Source: Patescibacteria group bacterium
GTDB lineage: Bacteria > Patescibacteriota > Kazan-3B-28
Assembly: GCA_028717565.1 (NCBI GenBank)
Contig: JAQUNP010000001.1
Location: 178,997-227,995, forward strand
Direction: 5' to 3'
Length of the DNA stretch: 48,999 nucleotides
Shown: positions 29,812-39,300 of the stretch, piece by piece
Layout: each line of letters begins with the position of its first letter
How positions within the stretch are numbered: position 1 is the stretch's first letter
Notes under the pieces: generated by a model
Databases searched by the model: none
What the model was told of the DNA's origin: nothing
Seen by the model: the letters and a program-made list of their open reading frames with translations, nothing else
Translations under genes and position numbers: made by a program

Positions 29812-29886
29812 TGGTCGGGCCGACTGGATTTGAACCAGCGACCTCATCGTCCCGAACGATGCGCGCTACCCCTGCGCTACGGCCCG
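29812..29886 (-). tRNA. tRNA-Pro(CGG)
   Basis: Cloverleaf with stem CATCG/CGATG, loop TT-CGG-GA, CCA. Confidence 0.94.
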
Positions 29887-29889
29887 CCA

Positions 29890-29965
29890 TGGTGCCGATG
29901 GAGGGAGTCGAACCCCCAACCTTTCCCTTAGGACGGGACTGCTCTATCCATTGAGCTACATCGGC
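29890..29965 (-). tRNA. tRNA-Arg(CCT)
   Basis: Cloverleaf with loop GT-CCT-AA, CCA. Confidence 0.9.
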
Positions 29966-30091
29966 ACACTTCCTAATAGAACAATGAAACAGTATAAGGT
30001 AATATTAGGCTAATGGCGAGAATAATTGCCACTACCAAGATGATCGTGCGGCTGATTCGTTTGTTTCGGTTGCTCATATACTCTACATTAT

Positions 30092-30604
30092 ATGTCTCAA
30101 GACCAAACTACCAAACCTATCTTTCCTGGGCAACGTGACAATGAGGAAATTGTCATGGTGATTTATAAGCACTGGTATATAGCTGTGGCTCCCATGTTGA
30201 AAGCCCTGCTGATAATTTTGCTATCCTTCTTTTTACCAGTCATTTTGGGAGTGGCCTTTTTTATCTTTAACTACGCCCTAAGCGCAGCCATTTATTACTT
30301 ATGGATTTTGTTTTGGGTGGGTTATATTTTTTATGCCTATAACAACTGGCTGCAAGATAAATTTGTAGTTACCGACCAGCGGATAGTGAAAATTGACCAA
30401 CGAGGTGTCTTTAATCGTACCGTGTTTGAGACCGAGTTAAACAAAATTCAAAATTTGACCCATTCGACTAAAGGCATGTTTGCCACTTTTTTCAACTTTG
30501 GAACCGTGATAGTCCAAACTACGGTTGGCGAACTAACCTTGGACTATGTTCCTAACCCGGTTTATATTAAAGAAGAAATCATTCAACTAACCAAGGAAAA
30601 ATAG
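30092..30604 (+). CDS. Membrane protein with bacterial PH domain
   Basis: Two TM helices then W..D.FVVTDQRIV.IDQ.G.F...V.E..L.KIQ...FNFGTV.VQT. Confidence 0.85.
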   Translation: MSQDQTTKPIFPGQRDNEEIVMVIYKHWYIAVAPMLKALLIILLSFFLPVILGVAFFIFNYALSAAIYYLWILFWVGYIFYAYNNWLQDKFVVTDQRIVKIDQRGVFNRTVFETELNKIQNLTHSTKGMFATFFNFGTVIVQTTVGELTLDYVPNPVYIKEEIIQLTKEK

Positions 30605-31180
30605 ATGATGGGAAGTGTAAAATTTGTTTTCAGAATAATTGGGATTGTGGCTCTGCTAGCGATCTTTGTCGCAGCTTATGCTTTAACCACTAGTTTGCGC
30701 ACCGACCATACAGGAGATTTTAGTGAGCAACCAAAAACTTTGGGGGCATTGGGGGGATTTCATTTATTGACTGGCATCAACTATGACAATCAGGATGATT
30801 TTTGGCGGATAGCTTTGTCCACTACCATGAACCGGGTCAGCCCATTGGGAGACGAGATCAACACACCGTATGTTGAAGCCCAACAAAAACCCACGGATGA
30901 GCTGACCGACTTGGTTACCGAGTTGGATGACATCGCCGAGCTGGGTCCGTATTGCGTGGTAATTGATTTATCAGATACTAGTATTCGAGATGGCGACAAT
31001 TATGTTTTTGTAGGTGACGAAACACAACCCATCAACCTAGATAACCTCAACGAGATACGCCTATATCAACCCGATGACAGCTCTTATCAGATTCTAGTTG
31101 GGGTAGACGGGCCGGTAAAATTTAGGTTGCAAAAAGATACCCAAGATACTGGAATTGTTTGGCTGGATGTATTAAAATAA
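30605..31180 (+). CDS. Membrane-anchored hypothetical protein
   Basis: N-terminal TM; acidic beta-rich body. Confidence 0.7.
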   Translation: MMGSVKFVFRIIGIVALLAIFVAAYALTTSLRTDHTGDFSEQPKTLGALGGFHLLTGINYDNQDDFWRIALSTTMNRVSPLGDEINTPYVEAQQKPTDELTDLVTELDDIAELGPYCVVIDLSDTSIRDGDNYVFVGDETQPINLDNLNEIRLYQPDDSSYQILVGVDGPVKFRLQKDTQDTGIVWLDVLK

Positions 31181-31200
31181 CTCCATCCCCATAGCCCTAC

Positions 31201-31277
31201 GGGGGTGTAGCTCAGCTGGTTAGAGCGTCCGCCTGTCACGCGGAAGGTCGCGGGTTCGAGTCCCGTCACTCCCGCCA
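31201..31277 (+). tRNA. tRNA-Asp(GTC)
   Basis: Cloverleaf with loop CT-GTC-AC, G73 and CCA. Confidence 0.95.
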
Positions 31278-31445
31278 CAACGAAACTGAAGTCGCATGGC
31301 TTCTGTTTTGTTGTGCATAGACACCAAAAGGACGAGACACGAAGTCCCGCCTGCCCGTTCGAAGTGAAATCTAAATCACAAGAGGCAAATGCTCTGTTTG
31401 TGATGAGATTGAACGCAGGAGGGTCACTCCCGCCAGAAGTGAAAT

Positions 31446-31476
31446 AATCAACGGCTCAAAATGTGAGCCGTTGATT
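31446..31476. terminator. Bidirectional terminator
   Basis: 13-bp stem AATCAACGGCTCA/TGAGCCGTTGATT. Confidence 0.8.
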
Positions 31477-31489
31477 TTGGTGAAAAAAT

Positions 31490-32122
31490 TTAAGCTGGTT
31501 TGGGCGGATCAGCGTCTTCCTCAGTTCTCCCCTCCAATTCTTGCCGGTACTTATCAGCAGTAGCTGTATCGCCAATGCCATCGTAATAGTTAATCATGGC
31601 CCGCACAATTAAAACATCTCGATTGGTAGCATCGACGGCCTGTAACAGAAGTGCGGGGATATGTGGTCGTCGGTCAACGTCCTCAACTGGCCAAATGGTA
31701 TAAAGATTAACTAAATTTAAATAGGAGGTTGGTGCGCTGGGAGCTATTTCGATAGATTTTTTGTAGGCACTTTCGGCTTCTTCTAAACGCAGCATCTCTC
31801 GGTAGGTATTACCAAGATTGTTCCAAGCCAAAGCCGAGTTGGGGTTCAGTGCTAAGGCCTTTTGATAATACTCTTCAGCTTGATTTAAGCGCGAGAGGTT
31901 GTAATACCCTAAGCCCGCTTGCATGGCTGCATCGAAATTGTCTGGATTTCTTTTGAGCTCTATCACTGATGCCCAAACTGTGTTATAGGCCTTGAGTGAG
32001 CGCGAATTAAACTCTCCAGGACCGATAAATCTGTACCAGGCCCCGATTAAAATGAGGAGAGCTGCCCCCACCATCAATGGCCAAAACTTCTTTAAAAAAG
32101 GCACGATGCTTTGTCTCCACAT
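31490..32122 (-). CDS. Membrane-anchored TPR protein
   Basis: TM plus TPR consensus (A..YYQKAL.LNP....AWNNLG..Y). Confidence 0.85.
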   Translation of the reverse strand: MWRQSIVPFLKKFWPLMVGAALLILIGAWYRFIGPGEFNSRSLKAYNTVWASVIELKRNPDNFDAAMQAGLGYYNLSRLNQAEEYYQKALALNPNSALAWNNLGNTYREMLRLEEAESAYKKSIEIAPSAPTSYLNLVNLYTIWPVEDVDRRPHIPALLLQAVDATNRDVLIVRAMINYYDGIGDTATADKYRQELEGRTEEDADPPKPA

Positions 32123-32158
32123 AAAATTATTTTACTTGAAGGCGTCCAAAAAAAATAG

Positions 32159-32410
32159 TTGACTTATTAGCAAAATCGTGCTATAGTCAAAATGTTGTTG
32201 ATTCTGTCTTGTATTTTTAACAACAAAAATAAAACTTAGGGCGTTCCTTAGGTGGAAAACGAGGCCTTGGGTCACTGTCGGGTAGAGAAAGTAATTTGTC
32301 TCCCCAAGAGTGATCCACGGCACGGCAAGACGGACAGCAATATGTTCATTGTCCGGGCTACGGAGTCATATATTTTATTAGGGCTCACCAGTAGCCCGGT
32401 CTTTTTTATT
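32159..32410 (+). ncRNA. Candidate stand-alone structured RNA (about 215 nt) with its own promoter and terminator; family not identified
   Basis: TTGACT-N17-TATAGT (32159-32187); several helices; CCGGGCTAC/GTAGCCCGG stem followed by a T-tract; no credible ORF. Confidence 0.5.
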
Positions 32411-32443
32411 TATCCCCTACTTAATTGCGTGTAGGGTAGTTTT

Positions 32444-32971
32444 TTATTCTGCTAACAACTGCTCGCGCAGGGCTTTTAGCTCACTAACTTTACCGGTATT
32501 GCCTTGTTTGCTATAAAGTGTGATAAGGTTTTCGACTAGAATAACGGATTGAGGCCGCTTGTGATACGCTGCCTCTAGTATATCGATCGCATCGGCGATT
32601 TGGTCTGGGTTATTTGTATCCTCGGCAAGATCAATAGCAGTGTAGGTTAAGTTTCTGTAAGCCAGCTCGTATTGACCATCTATTTTAATCGCCTTTTGAT
32701 AGGCCTCTAGGGCCTCCTCTAGCTTGTTTTGATCCCGCAAGGTATTGCCGTAGTTATTCCAGACCTCAGCGGTAATCAGGCCTCCAGAGCCCTCTAGGAG
32801 CTTGGCATAAACTTTGCTGGCCTCCTGCACATTACCTGCTTGGTAGAGTGCTTTTGCATGCTCTAGAGCGTTGGATTGGTGAGATATCCCCTGCCAGGAC
32901 AGAACTGCTGCTGCCACAATGACAGCGCCTATTCCCCACCAAAGTTTTTTGGATTTCAGGTGAAAGCGCAT
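32444..32971 (-). CDS. Membrane-anchored TPR protein
   Basis: TM plus WNNYGN.L...EAL.AYQKAI. Confidence 0.85.
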   Translation of the reverse strand: MRFHLKSKKLWWGIGAVIVAAAVLSWQGISHQSNALEHAKALYQAGNVQEASKVYAKLLEGSGGLITAEVWNNYGNTLRDQNKLEEALEAYQKAIKIDGQYELAYRNLTYTAIDLAEDTNNPDQIADAIDILEAAYHKRPQSVILVENLITLYSKQGNTGKVSELKALREQLLAE

Positions 32972-33693
32972 TATTTGCCTCCTAATTCATTGATCAGCGT
33001 TTTTACATTAACATTGCTAGGGTCATATTTCAAAATGGCTTCGTACTGCGTTCTGGCATCACCGGTCCGTCCGACAGAAGTGTAGTACTGGGCCAACATC
33101 ATTCGGTAGCTAGACCGGGTTTGCGTAGGATCTTGCTGAATTGCGGTCAGTAAAATGTTCTCTATCTTGGGTAATTTGTCCTTGAGGTAGCCGCTATACA
33201 GGTTGTAAAGGCCCTCGTAGGGCTCTGTGTGCATACCCTTGGAGTTTTGTATGGCAATCAGGTAATTGCTTTCGGCCTTTTGATAGTCCCCGATACTGAC
33301 ATAAAGGTTGGCTAAATTGTTAAATCCCTGCAAACCCCCTGGACGATATTTGTTGAGCCACTGGTATGACAAAATAGCTCGACCAGTGTCACCCAAATCT
33401 TTGTAGGCGTTAGCTCTGGCGATACCAGGATCTATAACGGGTAACTCGTAGAGATTGCCGCCCTTGAACCCATCCAATGTTTCATAAGCCGCCTGTAGAC
33501 GTGTATAGGCCGCCTGATTAATGGGGTCGGATAAATTATACTCTGTAGCTGGCGGGATTTTGGCAATTGCAGTAAATTTCAGCGTAGCATTATAAAGCTG
33601 GAATCCCACAACAATGACAACGACGGCCAGGATCACTCCGGTGGCAATAATAAATTTGCCTAAAGCAGTTTGAACAAATTGATTTCTTTTCAT
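32971..33693 (-). CDS. Membrane-anchored TPR protein
   Basis: Start MKRNQF after a purine-rich SD; TM plus NNLANLY...GDY.KAE..YL.AI. Confidence 0.82.
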   Translation of the reverse strand: MKRNQFVQTALGKFIIATGVILAVVVIVVGFQLYNATLKFTAIAKIPPATEYNLSDPINQAAYTRLQAAYETLDGFKGGNLYELPVIDPGIARANAYKDLGDTGRAILSYQWLNKYRPGGLQGFNNLANLYVSIGDYQKAESNYLIAIQNSKGMHTEPYEGLYNLYSGYLKDKLPKIENILLTAIQQDPTQTRSSYRMMLAQYYTSVGRTGDARTQYEAILKYDPSNVNVKTLINELGGK

Positions 33694-33771
33694 GAACTCT
33701 CCCTTAACCACAGTGAGGGGGGACAATGTGTCTCCCCTCACTAGTGAAGTTAAAAGTTAATTTAAGAATCC

Positions 33772-36093
33772 TTAAGCAACCTTGACTCTCCAGAAGATAC
33801 CGTCTGGGCCAAACCACTTGACCCACTCGGCTACTGGACGAACATAGAAGTCGTAATAAGAACCGACTGTAGCGCTAGATGGAATCTGGATCTTGAATCT
33901 GAAGACATATTGACCATTCGGGTCGACCTGAACATTGGCATAAGCCACTCGATTTTCCGACAACCAAGAGCTGTGATAAAGTGGCGAGACGCCATCCTGT
34001 GGTCTCCAAGTGCCTAGCTTTATCCAGTTGGCACCATCAGCTAAATTGGTGAGCCATGGACTGCTGCCCACATTCTTAAGCGTTAATTCTAGATCCAACA
34101 CCTCTCCTGGGGCTCCGCTTACCTCATGAGCATACCCGTCGGCTGATACCACGCCAGTTTGTCCCATCCATTGAGCTCCATAAGAATAATCTTTGGCATT
34201 AATTGGAGTGGCTGGAGGATTAACTGGAATCACAACGGCTGGCGTACCAGTCGAATCATCTGGCGTGGTGGTTGGCGTGGAAGTGTCCGGCGTCGTACTA
34301 GGGGTCGCTGTGCCACCTGCTGTTGTGCCAGATACCTGAACCGGGTTCAAAGAATACATGCCGTTGTTACCAATCGATTGGACAATGTAGTAGTAGGTTG
34401 TCCCTAGTGTTAAACCAGTATCAACATAATTGGTGGCATTAACTACGGCAATCTCCTTGCCGGAATTTTCTGTAGTAGTCGAACGGAAGATCCTAAACAT
34501 ACTCACATTGGTTGGCGCAGTCCAGGAAAGTGTCAGTGAAGTGTTAGTTGCGCCGCCAACCGTGACATTGGTCGGAGCAGCGGGGTTACTAGTACTTGGA
34601 TCGGAATAGACCTTTATAGTTTGGACATTGGCATTAGTCAGCGCGGAATCAACAGGACCGTCATTAGCAGAAGCGAAGTAAACTCCCAAGTCCCCTGCAT
34701 CGAACTCACCATTGCTGTTAACATCACCGCCAGCACCAAGCGGACCATCGTCTAATTCGAAGTGGGCTGTCCGGCCATCAACAGCCGTTTGTGATAACTG
34801 CGCCACTACGAAAAGTTGATTTCTAGGCTCAATCTGGTTAATGGTAGCGGATAGACCACTCCAAGACCAGGCCTTGTCACCAACACGCGTAGCTGTGCCG
34901 AGTGATGTATCCACAGAGGCGTCCAGAGCTTGGTCGCCATCAGCGTCAATATAAGCAATCATGTAGAGAATGTCTTGTACGCCAGAACCTGCCTGCACCA
35001 TAGTACCGGCAGTGTTGTTGACTGTAAAAGCAGTCAACTGGTCACCATCCAGAATGCGACCAGTAGTGTAGCCAGCATCCGGAGCGGTGATTTCACGATA
35101 GATTTCATCAGTGCCGGCGGAGAAACCACCACCAGCAGTTTCATCATAATAAGCCCACACACCACTGTTAGGAGTTGTAGCGGTTAATTCATTAGTATTA
35201 ACACCGTCAGAAATAGTGGCTGCTGTATTGGTGCCAGCTATCGCAATGTCTCCATCTGTCGCTGGGTCAAAGTCGCCATCATCGCCACCACCTTTTTCTA
35301 TCCAGATTAGGTCAGCGCCACTGTCCCACGTACCATTGCCAGCCGCATCGTAAATGAAAATGTTGTCGCCCGTAACAAAGCTGGTCAAAGCGGAGGTGCC
35401 GGAAGTGCCACTGGCCGAACCGGCAGTAGTATCAGCTACAGATGAAACACCATCGCCATCGATAGGAGCCGGATCAACACCACTGTTGTAAGCATTGTTA
35501 TCATTGGAGTCGACAACCAAGTCCTCAAGATTGTCCCAACTAGTATTTGCATTTTGGTCGTGGTAGTGAATCAGACCACTAGCAGCCAGTGAGTCCAGCT
35601 CGACGGTATCAGCGCTGTCCGCAACTACGGCCGAGACGGCCGTGCCAACAATGCCCAAATCACCATCCGTCACTGGATCATAGTCACCATCATCAGCGCC
35701 ACCCATTTCCAGCCAGATAAGCTCACCGGCATCGTAGGTGTCATTACTGTTGGCGTCGTACCAAAAAATGTTGTCATTGGTATCAAATGCCGTCAGAGGG
35801 TTCGCATCCCCCACGGTAGGTGCGATTACAGTATTGTTGAACGTCACACCGAAAACACCGTCGGCATCCACCAAGGTGTCAGTCAAGCTAACGGTTGAAT
35901 CCAACAGCTCAATGCTCAAAACCGTTAGAGCCGTGCCACGATGCACTGCGGCGTTAGTGGCGATATCGGTTTTGGTATACCCGTCCGCATTCGTAGTGGC
36001 GTAAGTAATCTGGCTGAAACCAGAGAATGAGTAACCAACCAGTCCCACTACTATGACCCAGTTGATTAACGAACGAAAGTATCTTTTAAACAT
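33772..36093 (-). CDS. Secreted acidic surface protein with internal repeats, FN3 domain, Pro/Thr linker and C-terminal Ig-like domain
   Basis: Signal peptide; D/N-rich duplicated segments; PTNVTV...SLTLSW.AP...YYY.VQS (FN3); NBR1-type Ig-like C-terminus; start MFKRY with SD GAGGGG. Confidence 0.82.
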   Translation of the reverse strand: MFKRYFRSLINWVIVVGLVGYSFSGFSQITYATTNADGYTKTDIATNAAVHRGTALTVLSIELLDSTVSLTDTLVDADGVFGVTFNNTVIAPTVGDANPLTAFDTNDNIFWYDANSNDTYDAGELIWLEMGGADDGDYDPVTDGDLGIVGTAVSAVVADSADTVELDSLAASGLIHYHDQNANTSWDNLEDLVVDSNDNNAYNSGVDPAPIDGDGVSSVADTTAGSASGTSGTSALTSFVTGDNIFIYDAAGNGTWDSGADLIWIEKGGGDDGDFDPATDGDIAIAGTNTAATISDGVNTNELTATTPNSGVWAYYDETAGGGFSAGTDEIYREITAPDAGYTTGRILDGDQLTAFTVNNTAGTMVQAGSGVQDILYMIAYIDADGDQALDASVDTSLGTATRVGDKAWSWSGLSATINQIEPRNQLFVVAQLSQTAVDGRTAHFELDDGPLGAGGDVNSNGEFDAGDLGVYFASANDGPVDSALTNANVQTIKVYSDPSTSNPAAPTNVTVGGATNTSLTLSWTAPTNVSMFRIFRSTTTENSGKEIAVVNATNYVDTGLTLGTTYYYIVQSIGNNGMYSLNPVQVSGTTAGGTATPSTTPDTSTPTTTPDDSTGTPAVVIPVNPPATPINAKDYSYGAQWMGQTGVVSADGYAHEVSGAPGEVLDLELTLKNVGSSPWLTNLADGANWIKLGTWRPQDGVSPLYHSSWLSENRVAYANVQVDPNGQYVFRFKIQIPSSATVGSYYDFYVRPVAEWVKWFGPDGIFWRVKVA

Positions 36094-36227
36094 AGACCCC
36101 TCAAACCTATTAATTAGTAATAATAACTTGCTCATTATACCACAAAAAAAATTATTTTTTATGCAAGTATTTACAAGTATTTAAATCTTAGTGTTCTCCT
36201 TGAATGAACTCTAAGCCCCCGAGGGGG

Positions 36228-36260
36228 CCCCGCCATCTCCAAGCAAGGAGGATGGCGGGG
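36228..36260. terminator. GC-rich hairpin after the 1219-aa gene
   Basis: CCCCGCCATC/GATGGCGGGG stem. Confidence 0.6.
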
Positions 36261-36319
36261 TGCACTTTTTGGTGGAGGGCACAGTGCTAACCCTTGAATA
36301 TCAGCTTGGTAAAGGTTTT

Positions 36320-39300
36320 TTAGGCCTTGACCAAGGTGCCACCGAACTTGTCGCCACGCAGGACGATAGTACCTACATTGTAACCGTTAGCGGCAGAGTC
36401 AGCGGTGATAGTGGTTCCAAATTGGAAGTTACCATCAGCAGCATCACTCAACCATACCTGCAACGAGTCACCAGTGTCCTCAAAGGCCTGGGTATCGGCG
36501 TAGACAGCTAAGGTCTTGGTCAAACCTGCACCTATGAACATGTCGGCAGTGGAGAAATCGCAGATTTCATCCGCACCTGCCTCTAGGTCAGTAGTCGCAG
36601 AGTCAACAACTGTAGCGGTTGACAAGTCCACGAACGAGTAACCACCGGAGTCAACACCGTCATCGTTCACCACAACGTTCAAGCTGATGACGATACTGGA
36701 GTCAGTAGCATCATGAGAAGCGTCGTCGTTAGTGAAGGCGATGTCAAAGGCGGCATCCGCCGTGATGTTGATCTTAGCGATCAAGCCAGTCACAGAACCA
36801 GCAGCAGTCGGGGTCAACGGGCCAGATGGCGTGTCGGCCGCGAAGCTGACGTATGGACGGGACTTGTAGAGCTCGTGGTCGGCGTTGGTAATGGCATCAG
36901 TACCAGTGCCTGGGACAGTGCTTCCAGACGCTTTACCAGTAAAGTCGATGTCAGTGTCTAGTGTAACACCGTCACCCGCCTCGTTGGTTAAGTCAGCAAT
37001 GTTGGTATCGACTGTATCACCGTTTTGGACAGTAGTGCCGTCAACTGGCAGGATGTCTGTCTTAACAGTCAACAGGGCAACTGAATCGGCTGGGATCTTG
37101 GTCGTGTTATCTGGGACATTGAACGTCATGGTCGCGCCATTGGCAGCAGTAGCTACTACGAATGGAGTAACTAGGTTGCCGGAAGCGTCTCGGTTGGAGT
37201 AGAGATACCAGGTACCAGTATTCTCATCGCCGGTAGAACCGTTGGTTACCTTAAATCGGTCAAGCTCAACAGCTTCGACGCTGGTAGTAACTGCGCGGTA
37301 AACCGCAATAGTTCTGCCAGTAGAGCCACCGACCACAATGTCAGATTGTGGGCTGCTAGAATCAACTGTAATGGTCACGGCACCAGCTGGCTCGATAGTG
37401 CGAGTCTTGGAGGTAACAGTGGCCGGAGTACAAGCTGGGTCGGTGCCAGTATCAACACCGGCAGCTGTGACAGTTGGCGAACCATCTTCGTCGAACTCGA
37501 CGTAGAAGGTGTCGTTGCTGCCAGCTACAGTAAAGATGCCACCGATGATGTCACCGATAAAGGCGATCTCAATGGAGCCATCTTTTGGTACTGTCAACGG
37601 AGTAGTGAATGTCCAAGAGTAGTCAACGGTAGCAGCGGCAGCGGCTGTGCCGGCTGGTTGCTCGGTGTTGGTAATCTTGGTTTCGTACTTGTCACCACGT
37701 GAGCTGTTAGCAGCTGTTAGGTCGGCCCATACTTCCATGTTCACCAAAGCATCTAGGTCAGCCTGGTTAGTTGTAGTCACCTGGAATGGAGCACCGGTAA
37801 TACGGACATCCTCACCGGAACCGGAGGCGCTGAACACACCTGTCATAAAGATGTGGTCTTGAATACCCACAGCAATACTTTGTTGTGGCGGAGTCAGGAG
37901 AGTAGTAGCGGTCAAAGCCACAGCTTTTACGGTCATGGTATTCAAGGTGGCAGCAGCACCGATGATGGTGGTGCCAGCAGCCAAAGCGGTATTTGTACGA
38001 ATAGTCCGCGCAGTAATGTCACCATTGGCCAAAATTCTGGCGTAGATGGTGTCAGTGCCGGCAAAGTCGGTACCGATTCTCACCTTCAGGGTGTAGTTGT
38101 GGATACCAACTGGGATGATAAAGCTGGAAGTAAAGTCAAGCTCACCATCACCAGTACCAGCATCAGTGGTATCACCATCGATTGGGCCAAGGACAATGTT
38201 ACCTGCCTCGTCGTAGAGACGAGCGTTGGTAACGTCAGAGGCATCTGGTGTACCAGCAATCTGACCAATAACAAGGTCGCCATAGAGAGCTGTAACCAAA
38301 ATGTCTTCGCCTCGGGCTTCAAAAGTCCAAGTACCAAGATTCTGGTTGTCAGCAATAGCGATGCTGCCGGTTGGAGCAGTGGAAGAGGCCTTGCTGATTA
38401 CTAAAGCACCGCTGTTGATAGTTTGGGAAGCGGTTGGAGTACCGGCCCATGAACCAGAAACAGTTGGGTTGATGTAGTAACCATACAAAGCACCTTTAGC
38501 CACGATCAATCCATCGGAACCGTCTACAATGTCGGCGTTCACAGTCAGACCAGAGCCGGATACAATGTCGATTCGAACAGTGAATCGAACAGTGTTACCC
38601 TTACCAATGGTCAAAGCTGGGCTGAAGTTGAAGACAGCTTTGTTCTCGGAATTCCATGAAGCCACAGTGGCTACTGAAATACCAGTAGAGTCGTTGACCA
38701 ACTCAATGTTATTGGTGTCGGTGCTGTTAGCAGTACCGGCTTTCATAACAGTGATTTGTTCAACAATCATGTCCTCGGTAGAACCAGCTGTGAGCTGGAA
38801 CGTATTGAGGGTAACATCCGTGTCACCAGCATCAGGAGTGCTATCAGCTACTGCACCGTACTGGGCAAGAGTGATAGTACCAACAGTGATGTTGACAATG
38901 GTCATCTGGTTACCGACAACTGGAGCGCCGCTCACAGATGTGGCATTGCTCATAATGTCAGAGTTCGCAGCAATACCTAAGGCCACAGTGTTTCCAGCTG
39001 GAGCTGTAACTGTACTTGAAACAATACCAGCTCTCAAGTAGAAATCGGTCGGGCTAGAAATTGACATTGCAGGCGAGAAGAAAATCTGCGCCTTGTGATT
39101 GGCATTAAAGCCACCCGCAGTATTACCAACCTGGACACCGTCGGATGCGCGAATCAATTTTACGTTCTGAACCGCAGAGTCGGTCGAAAGACCGGAGCGA
39201 GTCACGTAAAGAGAGGTAACGCTTACCGTAGCTCCGGAGGCCGGAGTTAAGGTGACCTTAGTGAAGTTGGTGTTAGCGTTGTTGGCAATTTGGCCAGCAA

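Noticed and set aside
29556-29954. 132-aa and 103-aa plus-strand ORFs with 19-aa repeats
   Set aside because: They are translation artefacts of the 57-bp (19-codon) repeat and lie antisense to two tRNAs.
32230-32410. Assignment as T-box, c-di-AMP, c-di-GMP, ZTP or yybP riboswitch
   Set aside because: Only fragmentary resemblance (e.g. GGTGGAAA, GGCAAGAC); full consensus cores are absent and no sense-strand gene follows.
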